NCBI RefSeq assembly: GCF_030684315.1
Contig: NC_081365.1
Coordinates: forward strand, 51,886,481-51,950,480
Length of the DNA: 64,000 nt
Source of the DNA: Stegostoma tigrinum
Taxonomy: Eukaryota
Direction of reading: 5' to 3'
Positions 1 to 13,479 of the stretch are shown here, one piece after another. Below the pieces are notes generated by a model. It was not told the origin of the DNA. It searched no databases and saw only the letters and a list, made by a program, of their open reading frames with translations. A program made the position numbers and the translations under genes. Each line of letters opens with the position of its first letter. Positions within the stretch are counted from its first letter, which is position 1.

Positions 1-1130
1 AGATCAAAGGCAGAGAGATCAAAAGATCATATATGATGTGAATAGAGTATCAAATAATAAGTCCCTGCAGGTTATCCAAAAAGTCGGATGGTGTGAGTAA
101 AGTGTCAATAGCTGAATTAACAAATGAAGGGATTACCTATAATCTGAACAAATGAAGCAGAGAGATATTTACAAAAAAATAAAAAGGAGATGCTTCTGGA
201 GACAAACCAAATGTAAGAAACAACACAATAGGTATAAGAATTATGCTGAGGGTCTGACTAAAGTAACAAGTAATCCAAACCTGTACAAGCTAATTAAGGT
301 AGAGAGATCATAATAATTTATCCAGGTGATGGTGACAAAAATGGACAGTAAGGAAGATTTTACAGATGCAGAATAGTGTAATTGGGTCACATTTAGCTTG
401 ATATGAACCCAAGATCACGGTTGAGGCCGTCTTCATGGGTACAGAATTTGGCTATCGGTTTCTGCCCAGCGATGCTGCATTGTTATGTATGTTGCAGCTG
501 CCTTGGAGGACACTTACCCGAAGATCAGAAGCGGAATGTCCCTGACCACTGAAGTGTTCCCTGAATGGGAGGGAACAGTCCTGCCTGGCATTGTTGCATC
601 ATGTCCATTCATCTATTGTCATAGGATCTGCATAGTCTCGCCAATGCCTCAGGGCATGCCTCAGGGCATCCTTGCCTGCAGCCGATGAGATAGACAGCAT
701 TGTCCGAGTCTCATGAGTATCTGCCATGTCTGTGTTGGGTGGTGTTCCCACATGTGATGGTAGTAGCAACATCAATGAGCTGACATGTCTTGCAGAGGTT
801 GCTTTATCAGGGTTGATTGATGCTATGGTTGATGTCATCCTGTAGTTTTCTGCAAATGATGTCTGTTTAAGGTTTGGCAGTTGTTTGATGGCAAGAAGTG
901 GAGGCATTGTGATGATCTTGGCGACATGCTCGTCATTGATGACATGTTGAAGGCTGAGGAGAACATGGTGTAGGCTCTCCATTCTGGGGAAGTACCGGAT
1001 GGCGAAGGGTGCTCCATCAGTTGTATCCAGTGTCTGTGTTCCGGAGAAGGTTGTTGTGGTTTCTTGCTGTGGCACGTCAAAACTGGCAATCGATGAGTTG
1101 AGCATTGTATCCGGTCTTATGAGTGAGTCT
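1..1130 (-). mobile_element. Decayed Penelope-like retroelement, 3' part (linker + GIY-YIG endonuclease + presumed 3' UTR)
   Basis: The minus ORF 599..1321 contains 'PFAIRYFPRMESLHHVLLSLQHVINDEHVAKIITMPPLLAIKQLPNLKQT', resembling the PLE RT-to-GIY-YIG linker. Other frames in 400-700 give IGETMQ, EHFSGQGHSASDLRVSVLQG and THEDGLNRDLGF. Frameshifted. Assigning 1-400 to the UTR is inference. Confidence 0.8.
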
Positions 1131-1179
1131 TTCAAAATCATTAGTACAATCTTTTTATCTCTCTGACCATAAATTTTGC

Positions 1180-1327
1180 GATCTGTGTGCTTCTGTCTCA
1201 CTTCACCTGATGAAGGGGCTACACTCTGAAAGCTTATGATTTCATATAAACCTGTTGGACTGTAACCTTGTGCTGTGTGACTTTTGACTTTGTCCACCGC
1301 ATCCAACACCAGCACCTCCACATCATG
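1180..1327 (+). repeat. Penelope terminal repeat with hammerhead-like motif, inverted relative to the adjacent element body
   Basis: cacCTGATGAaggggctacactctGAAAgctt at 1204-1235, followed by aaacctgttggactgtaacc...ccaacaccagcacctccacatcat. The same family recurs on the minus strand at 57121-57225. Confidence 0.75.
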
Positions 1328-2489
1328 ATATACCTATGCACCAGAACAAAAATATAAATGTGGCAATGTGGCAGTATTACAATCGTTCCAATATTGACTC
1401 CTTCAATCAAGTTTGGAAATCAAGGAAACTGGCAATGGAATCCCTGATCCATAATTTATCTAACAGTGGAAGGATTGAGAGTTGGATTAAATTACAAAAT
1501 GCTAATCTATTGCACCAAAAAGAATTGTGTAAACATCAGGGATAAAACAAAACTCTTTACCTGGATATAATTATTATGCCTTTCACTTTCTCGAATAAAA
1601 GTGTTCTCACTCATTATGGAAATTAAATATTTTTCATAAGGTAAAAAGAATCTGCTTTCAAGTAAAATATTTAATGGCACATTATTGAAAGAGAAGCCTG
1701 TTAAAATTTCTTACACTTTTAAGCTAGTCTCTGTGGCTAATGTATTAGATGATTGATGCAATTTAATTGCTTTGCAGCTTCCTCGTCATTTCAGATTATA
1801 TTCTCTTTCAATCATTTAACCAATACTCACTTATCTCTCTTATCCCTGTCAGTCTCTTTTTCGTAAAAGGAACTGAGAAAAAAAGAATGTGAAAATCACT
1901 TTCATTTTAACATCTTTCAAAAATTCCCATTGACTCAACAGCAATGTTGAACACAAGTCACATTATAATGAAGCCTAATACATTGTTTTATTTTATAGTT
2001 GACATATATTTGTTTGCTCTGTGAGCTAACTGATAAATGACTGTAGATTGTGATCAGTTTGAAATAATAAATAATTCCAGATCTGCATAAGGAAAAATGG
2101 AAAGAATACTTTCATGAAACGTAATTTTTTTCTTGGTACCCAATTATTCTGTTGGCACTTACATTTACCTCATGTAATAAAAAGTGTTTCTTTTTCAACT
2201 GGTTAGGTAATACCCTGTATAGTTTGTAACTTCAGATTCTGTAATGTTATATTATGGATAACTTATTGTCTCAATGTATGTACCTTACAAGCGTACAAAT
2301 ATGGACTTACCAACAGCTGTCCAAAGTTGTGAGTTGCTATCACCACATGAAGTAGGCCAGACCCTCTTGAAGGAGAAGAAATGTTGGGCAAGATTTGAAA
2401 AGCCAGAACATAAGTTATTTACTACAGAATTGCCTACCTCTGTTCTACTTTTCCACTCTTAGTGTTAATACAGCTAGTTCCATTTCTTC

Positions 2490-3410
2490 TCACTGCAAAT
2501 CCCCAGGATGCTCACAGTAGTGCAAATGCCATTATATGTCAAGTTCAATGATGTCTTATTGGAAATGGTCATTGGCTGGATCCTGTGTAACATGAATATA
2601 ACTTTTATTTCTCAGCGCAAGCCGGAATGTTATCCAGGACAGGCTCCTATGGACACTGACTGCTTTTGCATCTGAAGATTTGCAAATGGTGTAGCCATCA
2701 ATGAATATCACCACTTTTGACATTATTGTAGAAACAAGGTCATTGCTAAAGCCAATGAAGGTGGTTGGTACTGGGACACAACCCTGAAGAAATCTTGTGT
2801 TGATGTCCTGGAGCTGTGATGATTGATTTTCACCAACCACAACAACCTTCCTTTGTGCTCAGGATAACAAAGTGTGAAGCTGGATGAACACAGCAGGACA
2901 AGCAGCATCTCAGGAGCACAAAAGCTGATGTTTCGGGCCTAGACCCTTCACCAGAGGTAAAAGTAGAGTGGGAGATATGCCAAGCCATGAAATTGCAGAT
3001 CACAATAGAATGCAATTCTTTTCTTGTTGATGGCCCACAATACCTCATGGATGCCCAGTTTTAGTTTTGAAATTTTTGCTGTTGAAAAGGTGGTGGTGAG
3101 CTGTCTTCTTGAACTCCTGTAGTCAATGTGCTGTACGGAGAACCAAGTGGCATTAGGATTTTGACATAGTAACAGTGAAGGAATTGTGCTATATTTCCAA
3201 GTCAAGTTAATGAGCGGCTTGGAGGACTTGCAGGTGGTAACATTTCCATGTATCTATTGCTCTTATCCTTCTAGATGGGAGTTGTCATGGGTTTGGAAGG
3301 TGCTCTCTCAGGCTCTTTGACAAGCTTCTGCAGTGCACCTAGTAAATTCTGCACACTTCTGTTACTGAGCATCAGGGGTGTAGTGAATGAATGTTTGTGG
3401 ATGTTGAAAT
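2490..3410 (-). mobile_element. Mosaic of decayed CR1/L2-group LINE ORF2 fragments
   Basis: ORF 2556..2840 reads 'QSSQLQDINTRFLQGCVPVPTTFIGFSNDL...IFID', a decayed GVPQGSVLGP...INDL...FADD. 3085-3410 resembles the C-terminal region of the same family. Confidence 0.75.
2863..2956 (-). repeat. Short Penelope terminal-repeat unit with mutated hammerhead core, inserted in a LINE
   Basis: Reverse complement ctCTGGTGAagggtctaggcccGAAACATCagcttttgtgctcctgagatgctgc is nearly identical to 18280-18372. Confidence 0.85.
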
Positions 3411-3679
3411 TGGTATGAAATCTATCCCATTTAACAGAGAGATTGTGCCGTGCACACTATAGAAAGTGCCCTCACCATGGAGATGGGACATAGTCTCAAA
3501 CCAGGATGACTCAGTATTCACTCCTACCTTTTTATTAGTTAGTTCCTCAGGATGACTTTATTCACTTGGGAGTTGTGAGTGCTCGGGGACTAAATAATCC
3601 AAGTCTGGATATGCAAATCTTGACACAGGTGCTTGAATGCTGTTGCATTTTGCTGAACCTGATAAAATGGAAAGCTTTG

Positions 3680-4085
3680 GTTTTTGCATGCGCATCTCAC
3701 AGCTTGCACTTTGCCTCCAACTGGGCTTGTGAGAGATACTCAATAATATTTGGGTCATTTATGGATGCTTCTTTTCCATATTGGAAGATTTTAGGGCAGA
3801 GAGATTCCCAAAATAGTGATATTTCGGGTTTTCAGTGAGGCTTTAATGATGCAATTTCACACACAATTGATGGCTGGAATCTGGAACTCTCCACCCAAAA
3901 GTAAATCAATGTTGAATCAGTTGTAAATTTTGGAATGGAGGTTGAAAGCTTTTTATTGTATAAATGTTTCTAGGGACGTGCAAAAGTTTGTAAACTTGGA
4001 CAAGACACAGTGCAGTCATATCTAACTTCACAGTTGAAAATGTCAAGGGGCTGAATGGCTTATTCCTGTTACGATGTTCCTGCTA
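3680..4085 (+). mobile_element. Old CR1 LINE 3' fragment
   Basis: tctggaactctcc ('WNSL'-like region) and a CR1-type tail aggggctgaatggcttattcctgtt. Confidence 0.55.
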
Positions 4086-5539
4086 CATTGTTTGGCAGAC
4101 CTTATGCACGATTCAACAATGCACTTGATGAAAGAGAATGCTTTGTTGGGAGGTACAGAACTGTGTGGTGTCAATCTAGAATTAAGACATGTTTTGACAT
4201 CAAAACTCAGTTGGAAAAAGTATTTCTACCCTGGCACCACATCAAATGATTCACCCAATAATAAAAAGTAGCACATGGCAATGAGAACACCAAAAAATGA
4301 AAAAAAAACTTGCAATCAGATTTTCGAAAGTAAATTAAAGATGTGTAATGAGGATATTGACAAATCTAAACTCTAATCATGGAGGTACAAAAGCCTACAG
4401 CACTTGCTACTGAGGTTAAGAAAGAAGGAAGCTGATTGAAAAGGAAATATCTTTTGGAGTAGATGAACAGTTTATTTCACACAGCTTTTAAATCCGAAAA
4501 TTGGATATGCTGCTTTGACATCTGGGTTCATCACAAATGCTTAGGTAAAATAGAATACTCCCATGAACTGAACCAGAGAATTGAATTTATGTAGTTTGAT
4601 TGAAGGGGGAGACCATTAGGTCAAGTCCTTCCATTGAACTGCTTCTACTCAATTCCCTTGTACAATACACAAGGAAGTTCTTAACTGCTATTCAATTCTT
4701 GTTACTTTTTTAAATTTGCACCTTGGGGCACAAATGGTTTTGAGACATGGGATAGACATCTGTTAAGTGAATTACTAAGGTTGAAGAGTTGGAATCTGTT
4801 GCGATTAATAAAGCACTGATAAAGGTGATATGGAAACATGACAATGGACATGGAACTGTCTTACAAGGGTACACATATAGGAATTGCAAGATTTAATTAA
4901 TCAAAATGCTGTGTTACAGATATTATGGCTGGACGTGTGTAAAAAGACTACCAAAAATAGATGAAGTTAAAACTCATTGAAGGAACCACTTGAGGAGCAA
5001 TAAAAAAGAAATTACGGTATTATTTAGAACAACACAACTAACACTTTCTAGTGTTTTGCAACTGCAAAGTAAATTAAAGATGCAAAATAAGAACATGGAC
5101 GAATCTAAATTCTAATCAGGTGTAGTCAGGGCCAATTGAGTAACAGTAAATTCCTTTGACTTGCGCCACTCATCTATTTTCCAGTGGTTTAAATGTAATT
5201 GAACTAAGGGAAGGAAACCAGAAATGATGCACAATTTAAACCAACTTTAAAATATTAGTTTTTGTGACCAATGTAAAAGGTAAAACATGGTATACAGATG
5301 CTATTTAAAGGTGTCCACTACAGCCTCAGCCTTATGTATATTGAAGGCCTGGAGAAGCTAATAATTGCCCATTTCATGGTTTCAATTCACCCCAATTCAT
5401 AGCCATAAAATTCTGGGCAATGGCAGGTGGCTGGGAGTAGAAAGATCTTTTCTTGACAAATATTTTGAAAGGGTGAGAGGGAAAAGGGTGCACATAATTC
5501 ACTACTGTGTACAGAATCGGGATAACCTCTTCTGCAGAC

Positions 5540-5640
5540 TTCCCGCCTGTACAGTCATATCAGACATGGAACATTAATTTTGTTTCTCTCTCCTTAGATG
5601 TTTCCAGACCTGCTGAGTTTCACCAGTATTTTCTCTGATT
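5540..5640 (+). repeat. Decayed Penelope terminal-repeat unit (third family)
   Basis: aacattaattttgtttctctctcc...ccagacctgctgagtttcaccagtattttct matches 9735-9835 and 25577-25679. Confidence 0.65.
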
Positions 5641-8554
5641 GTATTGTATCATTGCAGTCTTTCATGCCTTGTATATATTTCTTGATTAGATATACATTGG
5701 TTGCTTTCATTCTTTATTTCTCTTGAAGTTTTTAAGACATAAACTAGCTACCAAAGGTCTGTTCTTCTCATGAAAATCCATTTTCTTCTTAATGTTGAGA
5801 TGTGAAGGCAATAACTATTGAAGCTAATAAGGCTTTTAATTTTCATCACAATAAAAGAAAATCTTTAAAAACACCATGTATGATTTAATCCCTTATTTGT
5901 TTCTGATCTTGCATTGAATTTTACTTCAATGAAAGATAGCAATCCATGTAGAATTCCTTGAATAATGATCAGTTTCTGTATCTTATTAAGCTGCTTTGTA
6001 TAACAGTATTATTCAGCACAACTATTGAACCAGTTAATTTTCTACATGTTAGACAGTGTGCAGTGAAACTTCAGTTACAATTGCACAAGTAAATACCTAT
6101 GGCATTATTCCCAAGTTTACACCAATTTTGCAACTTCGCAATTTAGAACAAATGTTGATGGTGTCAAACTTATCTTGGGTGTGCAAATAATGTGGATGAT
6201 AATGATTCAGCAGCCTGATTTAGTCTGTGCCTTATATTCAAGGATCATATAAGCTGTAGATGTACTTCAGATTTGCTGCTGTGTATTTTGTACTACTGCC
6301 CAGGATACATTACATACTGATATGAATTACCACCCTTTCTTCCTGTTACAGTGCGCTCCTGACAAATACTTAATGGACAGGCCTCTCTACTAATAAGTAC
6401 CACAAAAAACTAAGAGCATGTCAGTGAGGGACATCATTGTACAATCCACTGACCACTGTCTTTAAATTCCTGATATTACATTTTTCATGAATAGAAAAAG
6501 TCCCCATTCAGTCAGGGACAGAATAAAATATGGAGTGCTCTGAATATATTTATTAATCAGTGTAATATTCAGGAGTGAAATATTTACTAAAACAAATAAA
6601 TTATAATGCATGAATAACTCAATACTACAAAATTGATTCACAACTGCAATAATGTAAATAATAAGGTGGGACACAGAATCTTCTTGTGAGGATGACAACA
6701 CAAAAACGTTGCCATTGTTTGGAATATCTGCAAATTCTTGATAGGTCTAGCAATTAAATTACTGCAATGGTTTATAACAGTAATGATAACTGGTGTGGAT
6801 CTTACCATAATCCCAAACACTGCACTGGATAAATCTCCTCATTTTGTACATTACTAATCTAATTTTAATGAATAGCTCAGAGTCTTTTGCAGGGTGCGAT
6901 AGGTGTGCTGCATAATGTCAATTGGCTAGATAGAAAAATAAGAAGAATTGCAAGTTCTTATTTTTGGAGAAGAGTGTTGGTTTCTATCATCCATATTCTT
7001 CAACTAATTTTATTGGTGTTATTTGTAAACTGACAATGGATTCATCAATATAGAATCTGTAGCAAAATTTTAATCATCTGCCAGTTACAATGATAGCTTC
7101 AACCCCTAAATTTACCCCATATTCAGTCAAGCTAGGTTCAACAAACAGTGTCTAATTGTGCAATGTGGGCAACTGTTAAGCAATGTGAAACGGCAAGATC
7201 ATTAGCTTATGCAGGGGGTCAGGGAAGAAGTTAAATTGGCTCAGCTATTTAAAAAAAAAGTCACAAATAAAAAAATGAATGAATTAGAAACAGATAAAAT
7301 GGGACTTCTGATAGTGACAAATACAACCAATTGGCTAAATTAAAGTGCAATCTAATACTTTATTTGCTTTCTGGTCTATAGTTGCAATCTATCAAATGAA
7401 AATGGGGACAGACACATCAGACTACTAACAAATCAACTGAAAGAATAACATCTATCACAGTGAGTTCAAACATAAAAGATAACAAAGAACATTGCACTCA
7501 ACTTTCAAAGATCACTGCAGTATTTAAAGATTCCTCACATAATTTGAAAGAAGGGATTAGTTTTAGTCAAATTCTTTCAGAAGATCTTTGGTTCAGTATA
7601 TCAAATTAAAGTCAAGTAACTTCCAAGAATCCATGGACTGACCAGAGTGAAAGCAACTAAATTACCGAAGAAGAGAAAAAGTGCTGCTAGGCAATGATTA
7701 CACTAATGAGTTTTTAACTATCCCTTTCAGTCTTAAGTCCATTACCTCTTAAACCCCCACTGTAAAGCAAGAAATGGATGAATTATCTTACTCAAAGAAC
7801 CCAAAAAGCACGTTTGTTACAACAAGAAAAATGAACAATTGCTCTTAATACAAAAATTAACAGCGAACTTGATTTCGTAACTTAATAAATAGTCATAGGG
7901 TTAAGTTAGTTGGCACATTGAGCACGTAGCATCATTCAATAAGACTATGGCAAAAATGATGTGGCCATAACACTTCTTTCTTATCTCCCCCTGTTTTACA
8001 CATCACTTGGGTAGAACACTGGAAATCAAGTTCAGTTATTCCCAGGTTGTCGCACAAGTTAAAGACTTTAAAATTGAGAGAATTCTCTGATTTATTGGAT
8101 TTTTGTCCAACATTGACATAAAGCACAGACCAGGTTTCTGTACTCAAGAATTACCATCTCTGACAAATAAAAAGATTCAAATCTTTTAAATCTTGCAAAC
8201 AAAAAATTATAAGCCATCAACATATGACTCTCAGTTAAATTTCTACCTAACCTATAAAGCTTCCCACATATACGCAAATACTAATCAACACTTACAGACA
8301 GAAAAATTGTTTTATGCTTGAAGTGAAACACTGAGAAGGCATTTCCTGTGTACAGGATTTGCCAACATGATCATTTTGCTGATCAGAACATAGCTTCTTG
8401 ACCTTTCTTCTCCAGGCTGAGTGACTGATTTACTCTTCTAAAGGTCTTTTACTCATTAAAAGTCATAATTTACAGAAACTGATGAGGGGAAATAAACTGG
8501 CTGATTTGAGGCTCGAGATAGCTTTCACTGCAGAACAGAAACAACTCATTTTTT

Positions 8555-8690
8555 AGAGATAGTAGGAACTGCCGATGCTGGAGAATCTGATATAACACGG
8601 TGTGAAGCTATATGAACACAGCGGGCCAAGCAGCGTCACAGGAGCCGGAAAGCCTGATGTTTCAGGTCAGGGCCCTACTTCAGAAATGGA
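8555..8690 (-). repeat. Short Penelope terminal-repeat unit with decayed hammerhead
   Basis: Reverse complement ttCTGAAGTagggccctgacctGAAACATCagg...ctccagcatcggcagttcctactatctct aligns with 49781-49909. Confidence 0.8.
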
Positions 8691-8712
8691 TTCAGAATTT
8701 TTTTTAAAAAAA

Positions 8713-9033
8713 AGATTAGATTAGCTTCCCTAGAGTGTGAAAACAGGGCCTTTGGCCCAACAAGTCCACACTGCCCCTTGAAACATCCCACCCTGACCCA
8801 TCCCTCTATAACCCACACACGCCTGAACACTATGAGCAATTTAGTGTGGCCAATCCACCTAATGTGCACATCTTCGGACTGTGGGAGGAAACCGGGGCAC
8901 CTGGAGGAAACCCACGCAGACATGGGGAGAATGTGCAAACTCCACACAGACAGTTGCCTGAGGCTGAGAATTGAACCTGGGCCCCTAATGCTGTGAGGCA
9001 GCAGTGCTAACCACTGAGTCACCGTGCTGCCCC
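8713..9033 (-). mobile_element. Full-length HE1-type V-SINE
   Basis: On the minus strand: tRNA-like head (A box TGACTCAGTGG, B box GGTTCAATTC), V-core tgtgtggagtttgcacattctcccc...gggtttcctcc, and a CR1-like tail ending in tctaa repeats. Confidence 0.92.
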
Positions 9034-9129
9034 AAACATTTTATTCTGTTGTTTTCAACTTAAACGCAGCTTACCCTTTTGCAATTTCTTTTTTCCATGG
9101 TCTAATGGGTTCTGGCCTGAACATTCATA

Positions 9130-9660
9130 CCCTCAAGCAATTGTTATGTGGGAGCCAAATCACATGGTTTTTGTAGCTAGTCTTGCTTACATTTATCTTG
9201 ACTTTCATTGCAGCAAACACCAACATTCCATTTGCCTCTCATTGATTGCTATAAGTGCATGCTGAAGCATTGTCAGTCATGCCTATCCTATCTATCAAGG
9301 CATCATCCACAAATTTGGCTGTAATACAATCCCTCTGCTCCTGTGTCCTGTTCGAGTTTTATGCTCTACTTTATACTGCCTTTCAATATTCTTCCTACCA
9401 AAATACATCACCTCACATTTCTCTACTTGGAAATTCATCTGCTAACTCCACCAACTTTGTCTATGGCCTTGTGGAGTTCTACACTGGCCCTCAGTTTAAA
9501 ATTCTTCTAAATTTTGTATCGTTCACAAACTTCACACTTTTCCCCTTCATGCCAAGAACCGTAAAATTATATATCAGGAAAAGAAGCATTCCATTACTGA
9601 CTCCTGGGACACTGCTCTAAAAATGAAAAACATCCAATAACCCTACTCGTTCTTTTACTA
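9130..9660 (-). mobile_element. Highly decayed CR1 RT fragment
   Basis: caacattccatttgcct, accaaaatacatcacctcacatttct and gactcctgggacac resemble the antisense RT segments of the younger CR1 at 26.6-27.0 kb. Confidence 0.5.
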
Positions 9661-9732
9661 CTATTTTGCTGCTTATGCAGCGATCAAAGCCTTTGAGACT
9701 TCTCTTTATTTTGGCTGCCAATGCTGGGGCAA

Positions 9733-9835
9733 TGAAGAACAGTCATACCAGATGCAAAACATTAATTTTACTTTTCTCTCTGCACACGCTGGCAGACCTG
9801 CTGAGTTTCTCCAGCATTTTCTGTGTTTATTTCAC
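9733..9835 (+). repeat. Decayed Penelope terminal-repeat unit (third family)
   Basis: tgaagaacagtcataccagatgcaaaacattaa...cagacctgctgagtttctccagcattttctg. Confidence 0.65.
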
Positions 9836-11889
9836 TAACTCCAGTTACTTCTCAGTTAATCCCCTCTTCTTAAAAACACACGTGTTGTCCACAAACAAAT
9901 CAACCCACCACATCCTGTGATATTACAGTTTAATTTTTTATAGCACTCCTTAAAGCTGCACCTGTTAGAGTATGTTTCTGGCCACTGTCTCCCTGATGCG
10001 AGGCCTCAATCTATCCTCTTGCTGCCTCCTCTGTCATTGCTATATTGAGGCTGCAGGTAATGCAAGAGCAATAATTCAGATTGCTTAAAAATGCATATGT
10101 GAACTGCAATTATCTGTAATTTAAATGTTGGTGCCATAGCTCATATCCTTCTCAATAGAAGTTTTGTTTTGCACAGTGGTATGGAGACATGTGGAAATAT
10201 TTGCAAAAATATATTTGGCTTTGGGAGTTGAGCCTAAGAATTATTATAACAGATATTCAAATGCCAGTGGAATAAAATCTTTTTGTAATAACATCATTGG
10301 CCATGTATCCCATTGGAAATACATACTTATGTGATGCTATCAGTCTAATTCGTATCTGAATATTTATGAAAAGAACAAGAGCAAATCAAGTGTTAATAGT
10401 AAATTACCATGTCATCAGAAATTATCAAAACCTCGTTGAAGTGGATGGCTAATGGTTTGACCTACTTTTGTAATAAAAAATAGCATTGATGCACAACTTT
10501 ATGCCTCCATCCATTCTAAAACTAAATAGGTCTGTAAAGATAACAACCCTTACTTTCTAATGAAGGGACAAGACTATGCCCATGTGAGAGTCTTACTTGA
10601 ATTAGATAGGTCAAGAAGAATCATTAGATTCCCTTTATGTAGAACTAGGTTAGATGTCAGAAGATTTTTACTTTTTTTTCCCAGACTTGTCAGCTTGTGC
10701 AACGAGCATGAATTCATTACAAGCATTTGGAAGAGATAGCTGGACAGGTTCCTGGATAAGACCAAAATTACCTCTTACAAAAAAGGTGGACGGGATGTTT
10801 AATAGCATGCCTCAAGGTCACTTGCTTTGAAAACTTTGGGGTGGATGAAGCTTAGTTTGAAGAGTAATTTCCTTGAATTTATTTTTAACCTTGAGTTGTC
10901 TTAGAATACTTCTTCCAAGAGATTACATGACAGTTTGTGGTAGAATGCATTGGGGTGGCAGGATAAATACAGTGTGGCATTGCCACAGCAATTGCCATAA
11001 CGAGCACCTTACGGTATTTGCCACCTCTGCCAGCATGTAGATCAATGAAAATCCTTTCTAAGGTAGTTAGCTACCATCAATATTATTTTGCTTACACTTT
11101 GTCTACGGCCTGTCTACTGATCCATGATTGACAATTCACAACCATAACATATTTGCAGAAATGATTCTGTTCTTAACTATCAAGATGGTTTATGGTGTGG
11201 TACCAAGAAGTACACCTACATTTCAACAGTCATGCACAAGTGTTAGGACTCATAGGGAGCTATACTGCATACACCTGCTCTTTCTAAAGATGAATGTAGA
11301 ACTTCCTGCCTTTGTCCACAAACTGTGTGTGGTATCAAAGAATGGGCGGAGCTCAATGTACCACGGACATTAACTCCTTCAGAACAACTTATGCAATACG
11401 TGCAACTGGCATAGTAGCTCAGGGATGATGTGCCAAGTAATCTTTTCTTGTACAGCTGTTTCATACACTTGTAATTTTATAAAGAGTTGGGAATTTTACT
11501 GTCATTTATATAAACTGAAAATAGCAAACATTGCTATGTCCACGTCCAGAGGAATACTTGCAGCTATTTGGCATTTTTCATTACTTTAGGATGTTTTACA
11601 GTTGCTGAACTTTGGAAACTGCTGCCACAATAATAATGTGGAATCTACGTTAACAAAAACCACAATGTGAGAATGAATATCTGTTTACTTCATAGTAATA
11701 TTGCTTGGGGGAGAAATATTGATCAGGATATAGAAAAGGTAAAGGCATTTTTTTGTTTTGCTGCACAGTTATACTGAAGCCATGTAAGATACTCCATTTC
11801 ACATTGCAACACATTAATATGTTATAGCAACACTGTATAGTTTGTGAACAATACCACCTGTTTAATACTTGTCATGATGGGACAGGTAA

Positions 11890-12620
11890 CACCTCACATC
11901 TCCCCCGTCACCCCCATCCCAGGCCCTAAGAAGGCCACATCAAACAGATGTTCACCTGTACATCTGCTAATGTGGCATATTGTATCCGCTGTTCCCATTA
12001 TGGCCTCCCCTACATTGGAGAAACCAAGTGGAGGCTTGGGGACCGCTTTGTGGAACACCTACGCTCAGTTCGCACCAAACAACTGCATCTCCCAGGTGTG
12101 AACCATTTCAACTCTCCCTCCCACTCCTTAGACCACATGGCCATCCTGGGCCTCCTGCAGTGCTACAACGATACCACCGGAAAGTTGCAGGAACAGCACT
12201 TCATATTTCACTTGGGAACCCTGCAGCCCAATGGTATCAATGTGGATTTCACAAGCTTCAAAATCTTCCTCCCTCGACTACATCCAAAAACCAGCCCAGC
12301 TTGTCCCTGCTTCCCTCACCTGTTCTTCCTCCCACCTATCCCCTCCTCCCACCTCAAGCCCCATGCCTATCTCCTATCTACCAGCCTCATCCTGCCCCCT
12401 TCACCTGTCCATTCTTCCTGGACTGACCCAGTCCCCCCTAACCTCACCTTTACTGGCTCCACCCCCGCCCCTTTGACCTGTCTGTCTCCTCTCCATCTAT
12501 CTTCTCCTTTATCAATCTTCTATCCACCTCCCCCTCTCTCCCTATTTATTTCAGAATGCTCTTCCCCTCCCCATTTCTGAAGAAGGGTCTTGACCCAAAA
12601 CATCAGCTTTCCTGCTGCTT
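11890..12620 (+). mobile_element. 5'-truncated Penelope-like element (GIY-YIG domain + terminal repeat)
   Basis: ORF 11948..12580 reads 'FTCTSANVAYCIRCSHYGLPYIGETKWRLGDRFVEHL...NHF...LGTLQPNGIN'. A hammerhead remnant CTGAAGAagggtcttgacccAAAACATC lies at 12577-12604. Confidence 0.93.
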
Positions 12621-13479
12621 AGATTTCTTGTTTATGATACTTATGGTTCATCTTTCTTTAACTCTCATACTCCTTATCAAATCTTTGACTTTTCAATAGG
12701 TAAGGAAATCTATGACCAGGTATAGAAACAGTTGAGGCAAATTTGGTGATTTTCACTTGTTCTCTGCTAGCCTGCTCTCACTGCTTTTAAAAATACTATT
12801 CCCCCTCTTACTGACTGCAAAACAGTGTTCTAGTGGTTTCCTTGGATGACTTTTCGATTTAGAGATGCTCCCTGCACAGTTGCTATTCGGCTCTCTGGTT
12901 ATTCTGGCTGCTACTGGCCCTTATGCTGTGCCAGCAATTTATTGAAAAAAGTTGTTTTGAATTATTTTCTCCCCAGACAATCTGAGGCCAATTTCTTGAT
13001 CTAGGCTTACTGCCACAATGTTTCCCATAACTGTGATAATCTTTTTCAAATGGTTTTAATGCCACACCATAAGTTTGGACTTGAAACAGACTGCTCAAGG
13101 ATAAGGCAAAGTCAAGAATAGTCTTCATTTGTAGACTTCAAAGTAACCTTATTGTATGTAGGCACTACATACTGCTATGCATGGTAAAAATAGAAAGACA
13201 GGCTCAGTCATTCAATTTAATTTAGTAAGGACTAGGCTATCAGCCTTATGTATTCACATCCAAGCATTGTCAATATTGTTTCTCATTCCAGAGAATCTTC
13301 AATCCACCTACGTTGTTCGATTTATTTGCAAAGATGCACAGCTCTGGGACATCAAAATAGACTTGTTCCACGTCCTAACGCCTATGCCCAACATATAGAT
13401 ACAAATAAAGTGAAACATTAACATTACCTTTCTCTAAAATAAAATTATGAACATGATGGATGCAGCTAATTGATAATTC

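Noticed and set aside
8675-9022. 115-aa ORF and the similar 16054..16326 and 57846..58151 ORFs as a small gene family
   Set aside because: All are chance frames through HE1 SINE copies.
8960-9033. tRNA-like sequence (also 23495-23565 and 60500-60578)
   Set aside because: These are SINE heads continuous with SINE bodies, with no complete cloverleaf.
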